Positions 13,717-22,197 are shown, counted from the first letter of the stretch. The stretch is DNA of 32,000 nt from an uncultured Candidatus Cenarchaeum sp. (GCA_958295735.1 OY282369.1:2084983-2116982), one strand, 5' to 3'. A program made the numbers and translations. The notes: generated by a model not told the origin, from the letters alone.

Positions 13717-13908
13717 CTAGTCGGGTTCCCAGAACGTCGCTACGTACAGGCAGTTGTTGCACCTCCAGACCTTGACATGCACGCCGTTGTATGTGTCCAC
13801 CCGGTACGAGCCGTCGGCGCGCTTTTTTAACCTCGGGAGGTAGTGGATGTGCGGGTTCCCGAGCCACTCGTTCTGCCCGCAGTTGGGGCAGGCGTCGGCG
13901 GGAGGCAT
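13717..13908 (-). CDS. Small zinc-ribbon protein (hypothetical)
   Basis: The last 63 aa of track ORF 13717-14094 read MPPADACPNCGQNEWLGNPHIHYLPRLKKRADGSYRVDTYNGVHVKVWRCNNCLYVATFWEPD, with CPxC...CxxC knuckles. The N-terminal part of the track ORF is Arg/Ala/Pro junk. Confidence 0.55.
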   Translation of the reverse strand: MPPADACPNCGQNEWLGNPHIHYLPRLKKRADGSYRVDTYNGVHVKVWRCNNCLYVATFWEPD

Positions 13909-14819
13909 GGCGGGCCCCGCCGCGCTGCCCAAAAGTACCTTTCTGTCTGCGCGCCCGCCGGCGCGCGGGGCGGACGCCCGGCAAGCGCGGCAGGGGACGC
14001 GCCGCGCCGGCCGCGGCGCGCGGCAGCAGGGTGGGCGCCGCGCGAGAGGCCGCGCATCCGCAAGCTGGCCGCATGCGCGAAGATCCTCCCACAACCGAAT
14101 TTGCGCCTGGCCGGGAAGGGCGGTTGCCGGCTTCGGCAGCCGCGGCCGCCTGGCCGTCCGTAACGGGCCCTGCCGAATGCGCTAGGGCAGTACCCGTGGC
14201 GGAAATGCGGATGCATTTCGGGAGAAAATCGCCCACGCCCGAGGCGCCGAAAACCGACGCCCGGAACCAACCCGCCCACATTCCTTCGTGGCCGCGTTCC
14301 GCCTATCCCGGCAACGCGGGGACAGCACTCCTCGATCTTGGCGCGACGATCGAGGCGCGCCGCGATCCCAAGCTGCCCGCAAAACGCCGGCGCTCCGTCT
14401 GGCTGGACAAGCGCGACGCCGTTCGTTCCAAGGCCGAAAACACCACGAAAGTGTCCGGAATGCCGAAGGCGCATGCCGGCGAGATGCCTCCGGGCTGGCT
14501 GGGGCCGCCGGCTGCGGGGTTCCGGGCAGCTGGTTCCTGCACCCCGCTTGCGCTCAGAAGCATGCCGTGCGACTTGCGCCTTTTCGCGCGGGGGAGCGTG
14601 GGCAACGCGGGGAGGCGAGCTTCCGGCTCGGACAAGCCGGCGGATCTTCTGGCTGCGAAAGGAGCTGGGTTCCGGGCGGCGGCGGCACGCACCAGCCATC
14701 GGCGCGGTGCCTCCGCGCGCCCGCTCGGGGCAATCCGCTCCGCCCCGATTCTGGTGGGGGGATGCGCCCGCCTGTCCGGGCGCCCGCGCGCCCCGCCCCC
14801 GCGCCCGCCCCGCCGGGGC

Positions 14820-14930
14820 GGCCGGCAGCCCCCGCCCCGCGGGCGCGAACCCGGACCGGCAAAAGCTCCCCCGGCCGCGGCCGGCGGGCGCGCGGCCCCG
14901 TGCCGGGGGCCCCTGCGCAAATTTAATAGG
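14820..14930 (+). repeat. Promoter-bearing GC-rich repeat, left arm (copy X)
   Basis: Shares ggccggcagc, ccccgccccgcgggcgcg, acccggaccggc and ggcgcgcggccccg, in the same order and ending at a TATA box, with the reverse complement of 15601-15700. Confidence 0.75.
14919..14928 (+). promoter_or_regulatory. TATA box for 14946 gene
   Basis: aaatttaata is centred ~23 nt upstream of the ATG at 14946. Confidence 0.55.
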
Positions 14931-14945
14931 CAAGGCGTGCGGGGC

Positions 14946-15326
14946 ATGCCCGTGGACGACTTTGAGCGGGACTATCCCGACTTTGACTGGCGGAACACGC
15001 CGGCCTACAAGCACCCCGGGGGAAAGGACTGCCCGTGCCCCAAGCACGAGTACGTGCGGGAGCAGATCAACTACACGAAGCAGGTGAACGCGGGCGGCAA
15101 GGACAAGGCGAGCGTGACCCTCCGGTTCTGCCCCGACCACTACCGCGTGTACGTGGACGAGGTGGTCCCGTCGATGCCCTTCAAGTACCGCATGTTCACC
15201 AAGATAGCCCTCCGCGTGGGGGCCATCCGCGTGGTGCGGCTGGGGCACATGCAGTCGGACATCTGCTTTTACTGCAAGTTCGGCTCCGGCGGCTACGGCA
15301 AGAAGACCGAGCTCCCCCCGGTGTAG
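14946..15326 (+). CDS. Cys/His-rich hypothetical protein (126 aa)
   Basis: The last 126 aa of track ORF 13791-15326 read MPVDDFERDYPDFDWRNTPAYKHPGGKDCPCPKHEYVREQINYTK...RFCPDHYRVYVDE...SDICFYCKFGSGGYGKK. Composition is protein-like, unlike the upstream part of the ORF. Confidence 0.65.
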   Translation: MPVDDFERDYPDFDWRNTPAYKHPGGKDCPCPKHEYVREQINYTKQVNAGGKDKASVTLRFCPDHYRVYVDEVVPSMPFKYRMFTKIALRVGAIRVVRLGHMQSDICFYCKFGSGGYGKKTELPPV

Positions 15327-15336
15327 GGCCGCGCCG

Positions 15337-15576
15337 TCAGGCGGGCCCGACCAGGATCTTGGGCCTGTTGGGCGTGTCGTGGTGGCACTTTTTCCCGCAC
15401 AGGGGGCAGACCTTCCTGTCCAGCAGCACGCACTGGCAGATGTGGGACTCGAGGTAGGCGCTGGCCGCCCTGCTGGACTCGCCGGTCCCGTTGCAGAACG
15501 GGCAGCCGGAGCCGAGCAGCCGTATCGTGCCGCTCCCGCCGCACACGGCGCAGCGGCCGCCCCCCGAGCCCTCCAC
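15337..15576 (-). CDS. Small DnaJ-type zinc-finger protein (CxxCxGxG x2 plus extra Cys/His cluster)
   Basis: 79 aa from the GTG at 15576: (M)EGSGGGRCAVCGGSGTIRLLGSGCPFCNGTGESS...HICQCVLLDRKVCPLCGKKCHH. A TATA lies ~30 nt upstream. The rest of track ORF 15337-16314 is rejected. Confidence 0.65.
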   Translation of the reverse strand: MEGSGGGRCAVCGGSGTIRLLGSGCPFCNGTGESSRAASAYLESHICQCVLLDRKVCPLCGKKCHHDTPNRPKILVGPA

Positions 15577-15600
15577 GGGCGCGCGGGCGGCGGGCGCCGG

Positions 15601-15700
15601 TAAAAATATTTGGTCTGCGCCGCGGGCGCGGGGCCGCGCGCCTGCCAGGCGCTTCCGCCGGTCCGGGTCCGCGCCCGCGGGGCGGGGGCCGCTGCCGGCC
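15601..15700 (-). repeat. Promoter-bearing GC-rich repeat, right arm (copy Y); includes TATA aatattttta (15601-15610)
   Basis: Inverted counterpart of 14820-14930 (see that feature). The TATA is the innermost part of the arm. Confidence 0.75.
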
Positions 15701-16612
15701 CCGCGCGTCCCGCGCCCAGGAAAGGGACGTGCGGCCAAAGGCGGGCGCGCCGTGCGGGCGCATCGCGCCGGCCGGGAGGCGAAACGGCCGCGGGATCGAG
15801 CGCGGCGCCCGCCCGCCAAAAGATCCCGCACCCGGCCGCGATCGCGCGGCGCGGGGGGCGGCCGCGGCGGTCGGGGGAAACGCCCGCGGATCCGCGCCGG
15901 AGGGGCTCGGGCCCCCTCCCCGCGGATCGCGGGTACCGCGGCCCGTGCGGCGGGCGGCGCGGGAGAGTTCCCCATGCCCGCCGGGACGGCGGCGGGCATC
16001 AAAAAGGCCCGGGCGGATCGCGGGCGCGGGGGGCGGGAAAGGGCGCCCGCGCGCGGGCGGCGCCGGGGGCGGGACTGTACGCCTTCCGGCCGGCCGCCGG
16101 AAAGCGCGCGCCGGACAGGCGGCGGGCGGGCGCGGCGGCACCCCGCGTCCGCCGCCGGCGCCGCGCAGGGCGCGATCGGGCGGGCCGCGCAGGGCGTGCC
16201 GGACGCGCACGGGCGGCGCCGGGGGGCGGGGAACGCCCGCGGGCCGATCAAGGGGATCCCGACGGCGGGCGGCGGGAGCCGGCCGATCGGGACGATCGCG
16301 GCGCGCCTTTCCACGATCTGCCGCAGCGTACGGCGCGCGCCCGGCCGCGCCGCCGATGCGGATGCGGAGGAACCGAGGGCCGGGCCGCACGGAAGCGCGT
16401 GCCGCCGTGCGTGCCCGTTGTGTTGATGGCCGGATTTGCGTCGGGGCCTCCGGGACGGGCACGGACAGGCGGGGCTGCCGCCTCCGGCACGCTTTCAACT
16501 CCCGATGCATTCGAGCCTGCGCCCGCTGCCGCCTCCGGCGCGCCCGCGCCGCCGTCGCTGAACGGCGGGGTCTTTTTCCCGCGCCCGATCCCCCAGTTGA
16601 ACGGGGGCAGCG

Positions 16613-16710
16613 GGCGGCCGAACCGCCTCGGCGCCAGCCCTGCCAAGCTCGGGATCGAGGGCGGGCGGGCGGCCGAGTAGCAGGCGGCCGAACCGCCTCG
16701 GCGCCAGCCC
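16613..16710. repeat. Perfect 28-bp direct repeat pair (16613-16640 and 16683-16710)
   Basis: ggcggccgaaccgcctcggcgccagccc occurs twice, 70 bp apart. Confidence 0.85.
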
Positions 16711-16951
16711 GGTGCGGTACTTGGCGCTGCGGGTTTGCCCCGACGGCGTCCAGCATCCCTGGCGCGCGCATGGGCCCGGGATCGCCGCGCGCGGGCCTTT
16801 TTCGGGCGGCGGGCGGCTTCGAGCCCGCTCGGCTTCCAGTTCTGCCTACGGCCGCCCGTTCCTGTCCCGGAGTGCGGCCGCCTGCCGCCCGATCGAGTCC
16901 GGCACGCCGCGGTGCCGCGCGCCGGGGACTTGCCTGTTGCCCTGGCCAGCT

Positions 16952-18946
16952 TCATCCGGACGGCGAACCGCCCGCCGCCCCCATTGCCCGCCCGTCCTCG
17001 TCCGTTATGCTCGTAATCAGCTTGCATGCCCTTGATGCCTTTTCTTCCCCGTCGACATACTCCCGATACGCCGCTTGCGCGCTGTGGATGAGCTCGTCGT
17101 ACATGACGATCCGCGCGGAGTAGGCTTCCAGCACATTTTCCGACCGTGTTCGCCCGCCGACATTGCCCCAGTCCTCCACGTCCCTTCCCAGCACGCAGAC
17201 GAATTCCACCGGCTCGTTCCCTTTTCCCGACCTTGCAAGGACGGACCTCACGCCCTCGCCGTATTCCAAAATCTGCCCCAGCAGTTCGACCGTCGATGCC
17301 ACGGCGCCCGGCCGCTTCAGTTCTATTATGACGTGCTTGCCGCCGGCGGCCCTGTATTTTATGCCCAGTCTGGACTTTTTTTGATCCGGCGCGAGCCCGT
17401 CATAGACGTTATCTAGCGCCTTCATGATGCTTTTTTCCATGGATTTGGTCGGCGCGGCCCGATCCCAGGAAGGATCCAGCAGCCAAAGGTGATCTAAAAG
17501 GCACTCTTGTATGGCCCTTTCCCTGGCGTTTTGATCCGTCAGTTTGAAAAGTGCGTCAATCGCCCCGAGCCGGGTTTTGGCCGTCTGGTAATACGCGCCG
17601 GCCTCAAGATCACCAAGCCGCGATAATGCCCTGGTCAGCGACGGGAGATCATCCGCGCTGATTTTTTCCAGCCTGTTCAGCACGCCTTTTAATTCGAGGC
17701 TTTCGAACGCCAGTATCCCGCTGACAAAGGCGCGCCTTTTTTCGTCCTCGTCATCAATCGGCAGCGCGTGGATCCTGCCGAACAGTTTTTGGGCCGCGTG
17801 CCCGCGATCCGGCGACAGCCCGTCGAACCATCCCCTGATCTGCGGTATCTTCAGTGCGGCCTTTTCCCCGTCCAGGCCGCGCAGACTGGTCCACCTGTCT
17901 CCCACGTGCCTGAGTATTTTCCTGACCGACTCCAGCAGTGCCCGGTATTCTGGAGAATCCTCCATGATCTGCTGCCCGTTGGTGGTGGCGACGTCACTCC
18001 CGTCACCGCGATCCAAAAAATCCGCGTATACCTCGCCCACGACATACCTGTTGTATGCGCCCGCATTCTCCAGCCCCCCGAGGATGTCTTCCTGTGCCAT
18101 CTTGCCGCGGATCATGACGGTGATCCTGTTGATGCTCTCTTCGGCGTCGTGATCTTTCAGCTGCCCTGCTTTTTTCACGGTCCCGATCCACCCGTCCAGT
18201 CTCGCGGTCCGGCCGCCCCATTCCGCCACGGGATCGCAGCCGAGATCCTGGATCCCGCCCGCGCCGGATATGGCGCCCCTGCCCTTCTCCCCCAGCCCCC
18301 ACGCGTATTCCAGGTTTTTATAATAACCCGTATCCTGTTTGGTGACGTCTTCCCCGTTCACCCTCACGCTGAAATTGCCGCCGTTTCTGACCACGCTGAA
18401 TCTGCGTGCCAGCCCCCTTTTCAGGACGGCGGGCCTCCCCACGCGCTTGAGCGAGGACAAGACTATGCGGGTTCCGGGTTTCAGATCTCTGGTCACCTTG
18501 ACGGGTTTCGGGTTGTACGCCCCGTCGGGCTTTTGGGCGGCTTTCCTGATATCGTTCGCATCCATGACGAACCCGTGCGGCTCGCCGTTACCCGCGCTGG
18601 TGATCTCCACGGCGTCGGCTATTGAAAACAACGAAAGTTTGCCTATTCCCCTGCGTCCCATGACGGGCCTTCCAAATTTGGCGGTGACGTCACCCTCCTT
18701 CCTCCGTTCATACCCCACATTGAGATACTTGTCGTTCGCGTCACGGACGGTCATTCCGCTCCCGTCGTCCCGGATCACGACCCGGTTTTCGCTTATGTCT
18801 ATTGACACTACCGTCGCGTCCGCATCCCACGCGTTGGCCACCGCTTCTGACAGAACGGCCGTAATGCTGCTGTGCAGGCCTATCCCCAGGTGCTTGAGCG
18901 CGCTGAGGCTTACCCTTGCGGTGTATGTGGGTTCATCCGCCATCAT
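16952..18946 (-). CDS. GHKL (HATPase_c_3, MutL/MORC/Hsp90-type) ATPase with C-terminal PD-(D/E)xK/DUF4263-like module
   Basis: 664 aa. ATP-binding motifs EAVANAWDA, IRDDGSGM and GRRGIGKLS appear in canonical order. The C-terminal part reads ECLLDHLWLLDPSWD...SRLGIKYRAAGGKHVIIELKRPG. A GC sample is 52%, against 83-90% in the flanks. Confidence 0.85.
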   Translation of the reverse strand: MMADEPTYTARVSLSALKHLGIGLHSSITAVLSEAVANAWDADATVVSIDISENRVVIRDDGSGMTVRDANDKYLNVGYERRKEGDVTAKFGRPVMGRRGIGKLSLFSIADAVEITSAGNGEPHGFVMDANDIRKAAQKPDGAYNPKPVKVTRDLKPGTRIVLSSLKRVGRPAVLKRGLARRFSVVRNGGNFSVRVNGEDVTKQDTGYYKNLEYAWGLGEKGRGAISGAGGIQDLGCDPVAEWGGRTARLDGWIGTVKKAGQLKDHDAEESINRITVMIRGKMAQEDILGGLENAGAYNRYVVGEVYADFLDRGDGSDVATTNGQQIMEDSPEYRALLESVRKILRHVGDRWTSLRGLDGEKAALKIPQIRGWFDGLSPDRGHAAQKLFGRIHALPIDDEDEKRRAFVSGILAFESLELKGVLNRLEKISADDLPSLTRALSRLGDLEAGAYYQTAKTRLGAIDALFKLTDQNARERAIQECLLDHLWLLDPSWDRAAPTKSMEKSIMKALDNVYDGLAPDQKKSRLGIKYRAAGGKHVIIELKRPGAVASTVELLGQILEYGEGVRSVLARSGKGNEPVEFVCVLGRDVEDWGNVGGRTRSENVLEAYSARIVMYDELIHSAQAAYREYVDGEEKASRACKLITSITDEDGRAMGAAGGSPSG

Positions 18947-19402
18947 GATCCCCCGCGCGTGCGGTTGTGCATCTTCCTGCCTCTTCCCCCAAAAGAACCG
19001 GAGCGCCGTTGCCTATAAACCCGGCAGTCCGCGGTTCGCATTGCGCAGTCCCAAAAGCGGCGGCCTCTTCCTGCACGCGCGCCCGTCCGGGCCGGACGAC
19101 GGAGGCGGGCCGAATGGGTGATCCGCGGGGCGGAAATGAAAGCGGGGGGGAGTCGGCCTTTGTCCCGATCCAAAGCGGCGGGCCGGAGCCGTGGGGCAGA
19201 ACCGGGGCCGCGTCGGGCGGATAGCCCGCCGGAAGCGCGGGGGCGGGATGGCGATCGCGCGGGTGGCGGACCATGAAGGTCCCGGCGTCCGTGGCCGGGA
19301 GGCCGCGGCTGGGATGCGGGGGCCGCGGCGGGAGGGGGGCAAGCGCGCGCCCGCCGCGGCGCCGGCGGCCCTCCGCCCGCGGCCGGCGCGCGCCCGCCGC
19401 CC

Positions 19403-19490
19403 GTGTAGGCTTACGTCCATCGTGATCCGGGCGTGAGATCATGGGGTGGCTTGCCGTTGCTAGGCGTGGTTCCGGTTTGGACGCAAGTCT
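19403..19490 (-). repeat. 88-nt conserved element, copy B
   Basis: The reverse complement aligns to 11406-11493 (73/88). Fourteen of the 15 differences are transitions in which copy A carries G/C and copy B carries A/T. Confidence 0.75.
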
Positions 19491-19510
19491 ACGCCGCCGC
19501 CCCCCCACTA

Positions 19511-19520
19511 GGCTTATACC
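19511..19520. promoter_or_regulatory. TATA box (ggcttatacc) between element copy B and the ubiD-family gene
   Basis: Its centre is ~26 nt from the GTG at 19542 and ~25 nt from the element's first base at 19490. Confidence 0.55.
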
Positions 19521-19541
19521 CCCGCCCGGCCCGGCGCGTTC

Positions 19542-20984
19542 GTGCCGTTCGAGGATCTGGGCCAGTTCGCGAGGGCGCTGGAGGAGGCCGGCGAGCTCAA
19601 GAGGGTCGCCGCGCGGGTCGATCCCGACCTGGAGGCGGCCGAGATCCTCCGCCGCGTCATGTACGCGGGGGGACCGGCGGTACTGTTCGAGGACGTGAAG
19701 GGATCGGAGATGCCCGTGCTGGGCAACGCGTTCGGCTCGGAGCGCCGCATGCGCATGGCCCTCGGGACGGACGACTTTGCGGAGATAGGCGACCGCATAG
19801 CCGGGATGGCCCGCACGGAGATGCCCCGCGGGATGCTCGGCAGGCTGCGCAAGCTCCCCGAGCTGTCGCGGATGGCCGGCTCCTTCCCGCGCGAGGTGGG
19901 CTCGGGGCCCGTGACCGAGGTGGTCTCGGAGGGCCCGTCGGCATCCATGGCGGGGCTGCCCGTCCTCAGGACCTGGCCCGGCGATGCCGGCCGCTTCATC
20001 ACCTTCGGCCTCGTGGCCACCAGGCACCCCGAGACCGGGGTGAGGAACCTGGGCGTGTACCGCATGCAGGTGCTAGACGGCACGCACGCGCTGATGCACT
20101 GGCAGAGGCACAAGCGCGGCGCGCAGCACGCGGAGCTGTCCGGGGGCGGCCGCACGGAGGCGGCCGTGGTGATAGGGGCCGATCCGGCCACCGTGTTCGC
20201 CGCGGTGGCCCCCGTCCCCGAGGGGATGGACAAGTACCTGTTCGCCGGGATCTGCCGCAGGGAGGGGATACGGACGGTCCGCTGCCGCACCGTCGGCCTG
20301 GACGTGCCGGCCTCTGCCGAGATCGTCCTGGAGGGCCACGTGGACGGATCCGACCTGAGGGAGGAGGGCCCGTTCGGGGACCACACCGGCTACTACACCC
20401 CGCCCGAGCCGTTCCCCACGTTCACGCTGACCGGAATGATGCGCCGCAAAAGGCCCGTGTACCTGGCCACGGTGGTGGGCAAGCCGGCGCTGGAGGACGC
20501 CCACATCGGGGGGGCCATCGCGCGCTCGTTCCTGCCGCTCATACGCGTGATGCAGCCTGAGGTGGCCGACTTTGCGATGCCGGCCTCCGGCTGGTTCCAG
20601 GGGCTGGCCGTGGTCTCCATACGGAAGAGCTACCCCGGGCAGGCAAGGAAGGTCATGATGGGGCTGTGGGGGATGGGGCAGCTGGCCCTCACCAAGATCA
20701 TAATAGCCGTGGACCACGACGTGGACGTGCACGACGTGCGCGACGTGGTGTGGGCCGTGACGACCCGGGCCGACCCCGCCAGGGACACCCTGCTGGTCGG
20801 CGGCGCGCCGACGGACACGCTCGATCCCGCCTCGCCCCTCCCCAACCTGGGCTCGAAGATGGGGATAGACGCGACGCAAAAGACCGCCGAGGAGGGCCAC
20901 GCGAGGCCGGTGCAGGAGCTCGCGTCCCCGGACCCCGCGACGGCCGCGGCCGTCGACGAGCGGTGGCGGGGCTACGGGCTGTAG
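19542..20984 (+). CDS. UbiD-family decarboxylase (menaquinone/futalosine-pathway type)
   Basis: 480 aa. PVLFEDVKGSEMPVLGNAFGS, LGVYRMQV, GPFGDHTGYYTP and the overall length are typical of UbiD family proteins. It neighbours an Mqn radical-SAM gene. Confidence 0.85.
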   Translation: MPFEDLGQFARALEEAGELKRVAARVDPDLEAAEILRRVMYAGGPAVLFEDVKGSEMPVLGNAFGSERRMRMALGTDDFAEIGDRIAGMARTEMPRGMLGRLRKLPELSRMAGSFPREVGSGPVTEVVSEGPSASMAGLPVLRTWPGDAGRFITFGLVATRHPETGVRNLGVYRMQVLDGTHALMHWQRHKRGAQHAELSGGGRTEAAVVIGADPATVFAAVAPVPEGMDKYLFAGICRREGIRTVRCRTVGLDVPASAEIVLEGHVDGSDLREEGPFGDHTGYYTPPEPFPTFTLTGMMRRKRPVYLATVVGKPALEDAHIGGAIARSFLPLIRVMQPEVADFAMPASGWFQGLAVVSIRKSYPGQARKVMMGLWGMGQLALTKIIIAVDHDVDVHDVRDVVWAVTTRADPARDTLLVGGAPTDTLDPASPLPNLGSKMGIDATQKTAEEGHARPVQELASPDPATAAAVDERWRGYGL

Positions 20985-21020
20985 GTCGCGGCGCCGGCCG
21001 CGCGACCGCGGCGCCCCCCG

Positions 21021-22160
21021 CTACGCGGCGGCGGCCCCGCCGCGGATCCGGACGCGGTTGTAAAAGTTGTCCCGCTCCTCGGCCGCGTACCCCATGCGCT
21101 CGATGGCGCCTATTATCCTGCCGTCGGTGAGCTCGGTGGACCGGGCCCCCGTGCACGAGACGACCTCCTCGCCTATGAGCGTCCCGCCAAAGTCGTCGGC
21201 CCCGTAGCGGAGGGCGAGCTGGGCCATGCCCACCCCGTTGGTGAGCCAGGACGACTGGACGTGCGGTATCAGGGCGTCGAGGCACAGCCTGGACACGGCT
21301 ATCATCTTGAGCAGGCGGCCGCCGCCCGCCCCGTACGCGGCGGAGGGGTTCTCGCGCTGCATGGGCGTGTTGTTGGGCTCGAAGCTCCACGGTATGAACG
21401 CCATGAACCCGCCGGTCCTCTCCTGCAGCGCCGCTATGCTGCACAGGTGGTCGGCCACGTCGCGGTCCGACTCCACGTGGCCGTACATCATGGTGGCCGA
21501 CGCGGGGAGGCCGGCCTCGTGGGCCTCCCGCATTATCCTGAGCCACTGCGCGGAGGTTATCTTGTTGGGGCTTATCTCGCGCTTCACCGCGTCCACCAGT
21601 ATCTCGGCGCCCGCGCCCGGCACGCTCTGCAGGCCGGCCTCCCTGAGCCGCCCTATGACCTCCCTCGTGGACGTCCCCTCCACGCCGGCTATCGCGTCTA
21701 TCTCGGAGGCCGAGAGCCCGTGCACGCCGACCTCGGGGTAGCGCTCCCGCATCATCCTGAACGCCTCCTCGTAGTATTCTATGCGCAGGTCCGGGTTGTG
21801 CCCCCCTTGGATGAGGACCTGCCTTATCCCGAACGACTCCCTGGCAGTCCTGACCCTGGCCTCGATCTCCTGCAGGGTCAGCGTGTACGCCCCGGGGCCG
21901 CCGGGCGGGCGGTAAAAGGCGCAGAACTTGCAGTCGGTCACGCAGACGTTGGTGTAGTTCAGTATGATGTTGTTGACGAAGGATGCCTTTTTCCCGAACC
22001 GCTTCGCGGCCAAGTGGCCGGCGGCCATCCCCATTAGGTGCACGTCGTCCGACTCTAGCAGCCTCAGGCAGCCGTCCCTGTCGGGCCTCTCCCCCCGCAG
22101 GGCGCCCTCGAGTACGTCCCCTATGCCGCTTGAGCGGATCTGTTCTGCAATCTGGCTCAA
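21021..22160 (-). CDS. Radical-SAM enzyme of the MqnC/MqnE (futalosine pathway) / CofH-like family
   Basis: 379 aa with a TTG start. The radical-SAM cluster motif is CVTDCKFCAF. I cannot tell MqnC from MqnE by eye. Confidence 0.8.
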   Translation of the reverse strand: MSQIAEQIRSSGIGDVLEGALRGERPDRDGCLRLLESDDVHLMGMAAGHLAAKRFGKKASFVNNIILNYTNVCVTDCKFCAFYRPPGGPGAYTLTLQEIEARVRTARESFGIRQVLIQGGHNPDLRIEYYEEAFRMMRERYPEVGVHGLSASEIDAIAGVEGTSTREVIGRLREAGLQSVPGAGAEILVDAVKREISPNKITSAQWLRIMREAHEAGLPASATMMYGHVESDRDVADHLCSIAALQERTGGFMAFIPWSFEPNNTPMQRENPSAAYGAGGGRLLKMIAVSRLCLDALIPHVQSSWLTNGVGMAQLALRYGADDFGGTLIGEEVVSCTGARSTELTDGRIIGAIERMGYAAEERDNFYNRVRIRGGAAAA

Positions 22161-22185
22161 TTGGGCGGCCTTCCCCTCCCAGCTT

Positions 22186-22197
22186 CGTATTTAATCC
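22186..22197 (-). promoter_or_regulatory. TATA box for mqnC/E-like gene
   Basis: Minus strand reads ggattaaatacg, centred ~31 nt upstream of the TTG at 22160. Confidence 0.5.

Noticed and set aside
2016-16710. Recurrent ~70-bp spacing of unrelated direct repeats (2016/2086 gcgcggacccggcag; 9085/9156; 10084/10156/10228; 16613/16683)
   Set aside because: The repeated sequences share no similarity with each other, and four cases give no statistical basis. I noted this as a curiosity only. It could be tested genome-wide by autocorrelation.
13791-17123. Long ORFs 13331-14281(-), 13791-15326(+, N-terminal part), 13827-15248(-), 15293-16771(-), 15337-16314(-, N-terminal part), 15729-17123(+) and 16248-17027(-)
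   Set aside because: They lie in DNA that samples at about 83% GC (13441-13500), and their translations are almost only R, A, G and P. No motifs were found and several mutually overlapping frames are equally open. Only the short protein-like 3' segments with TATA-spaced starts were kept.
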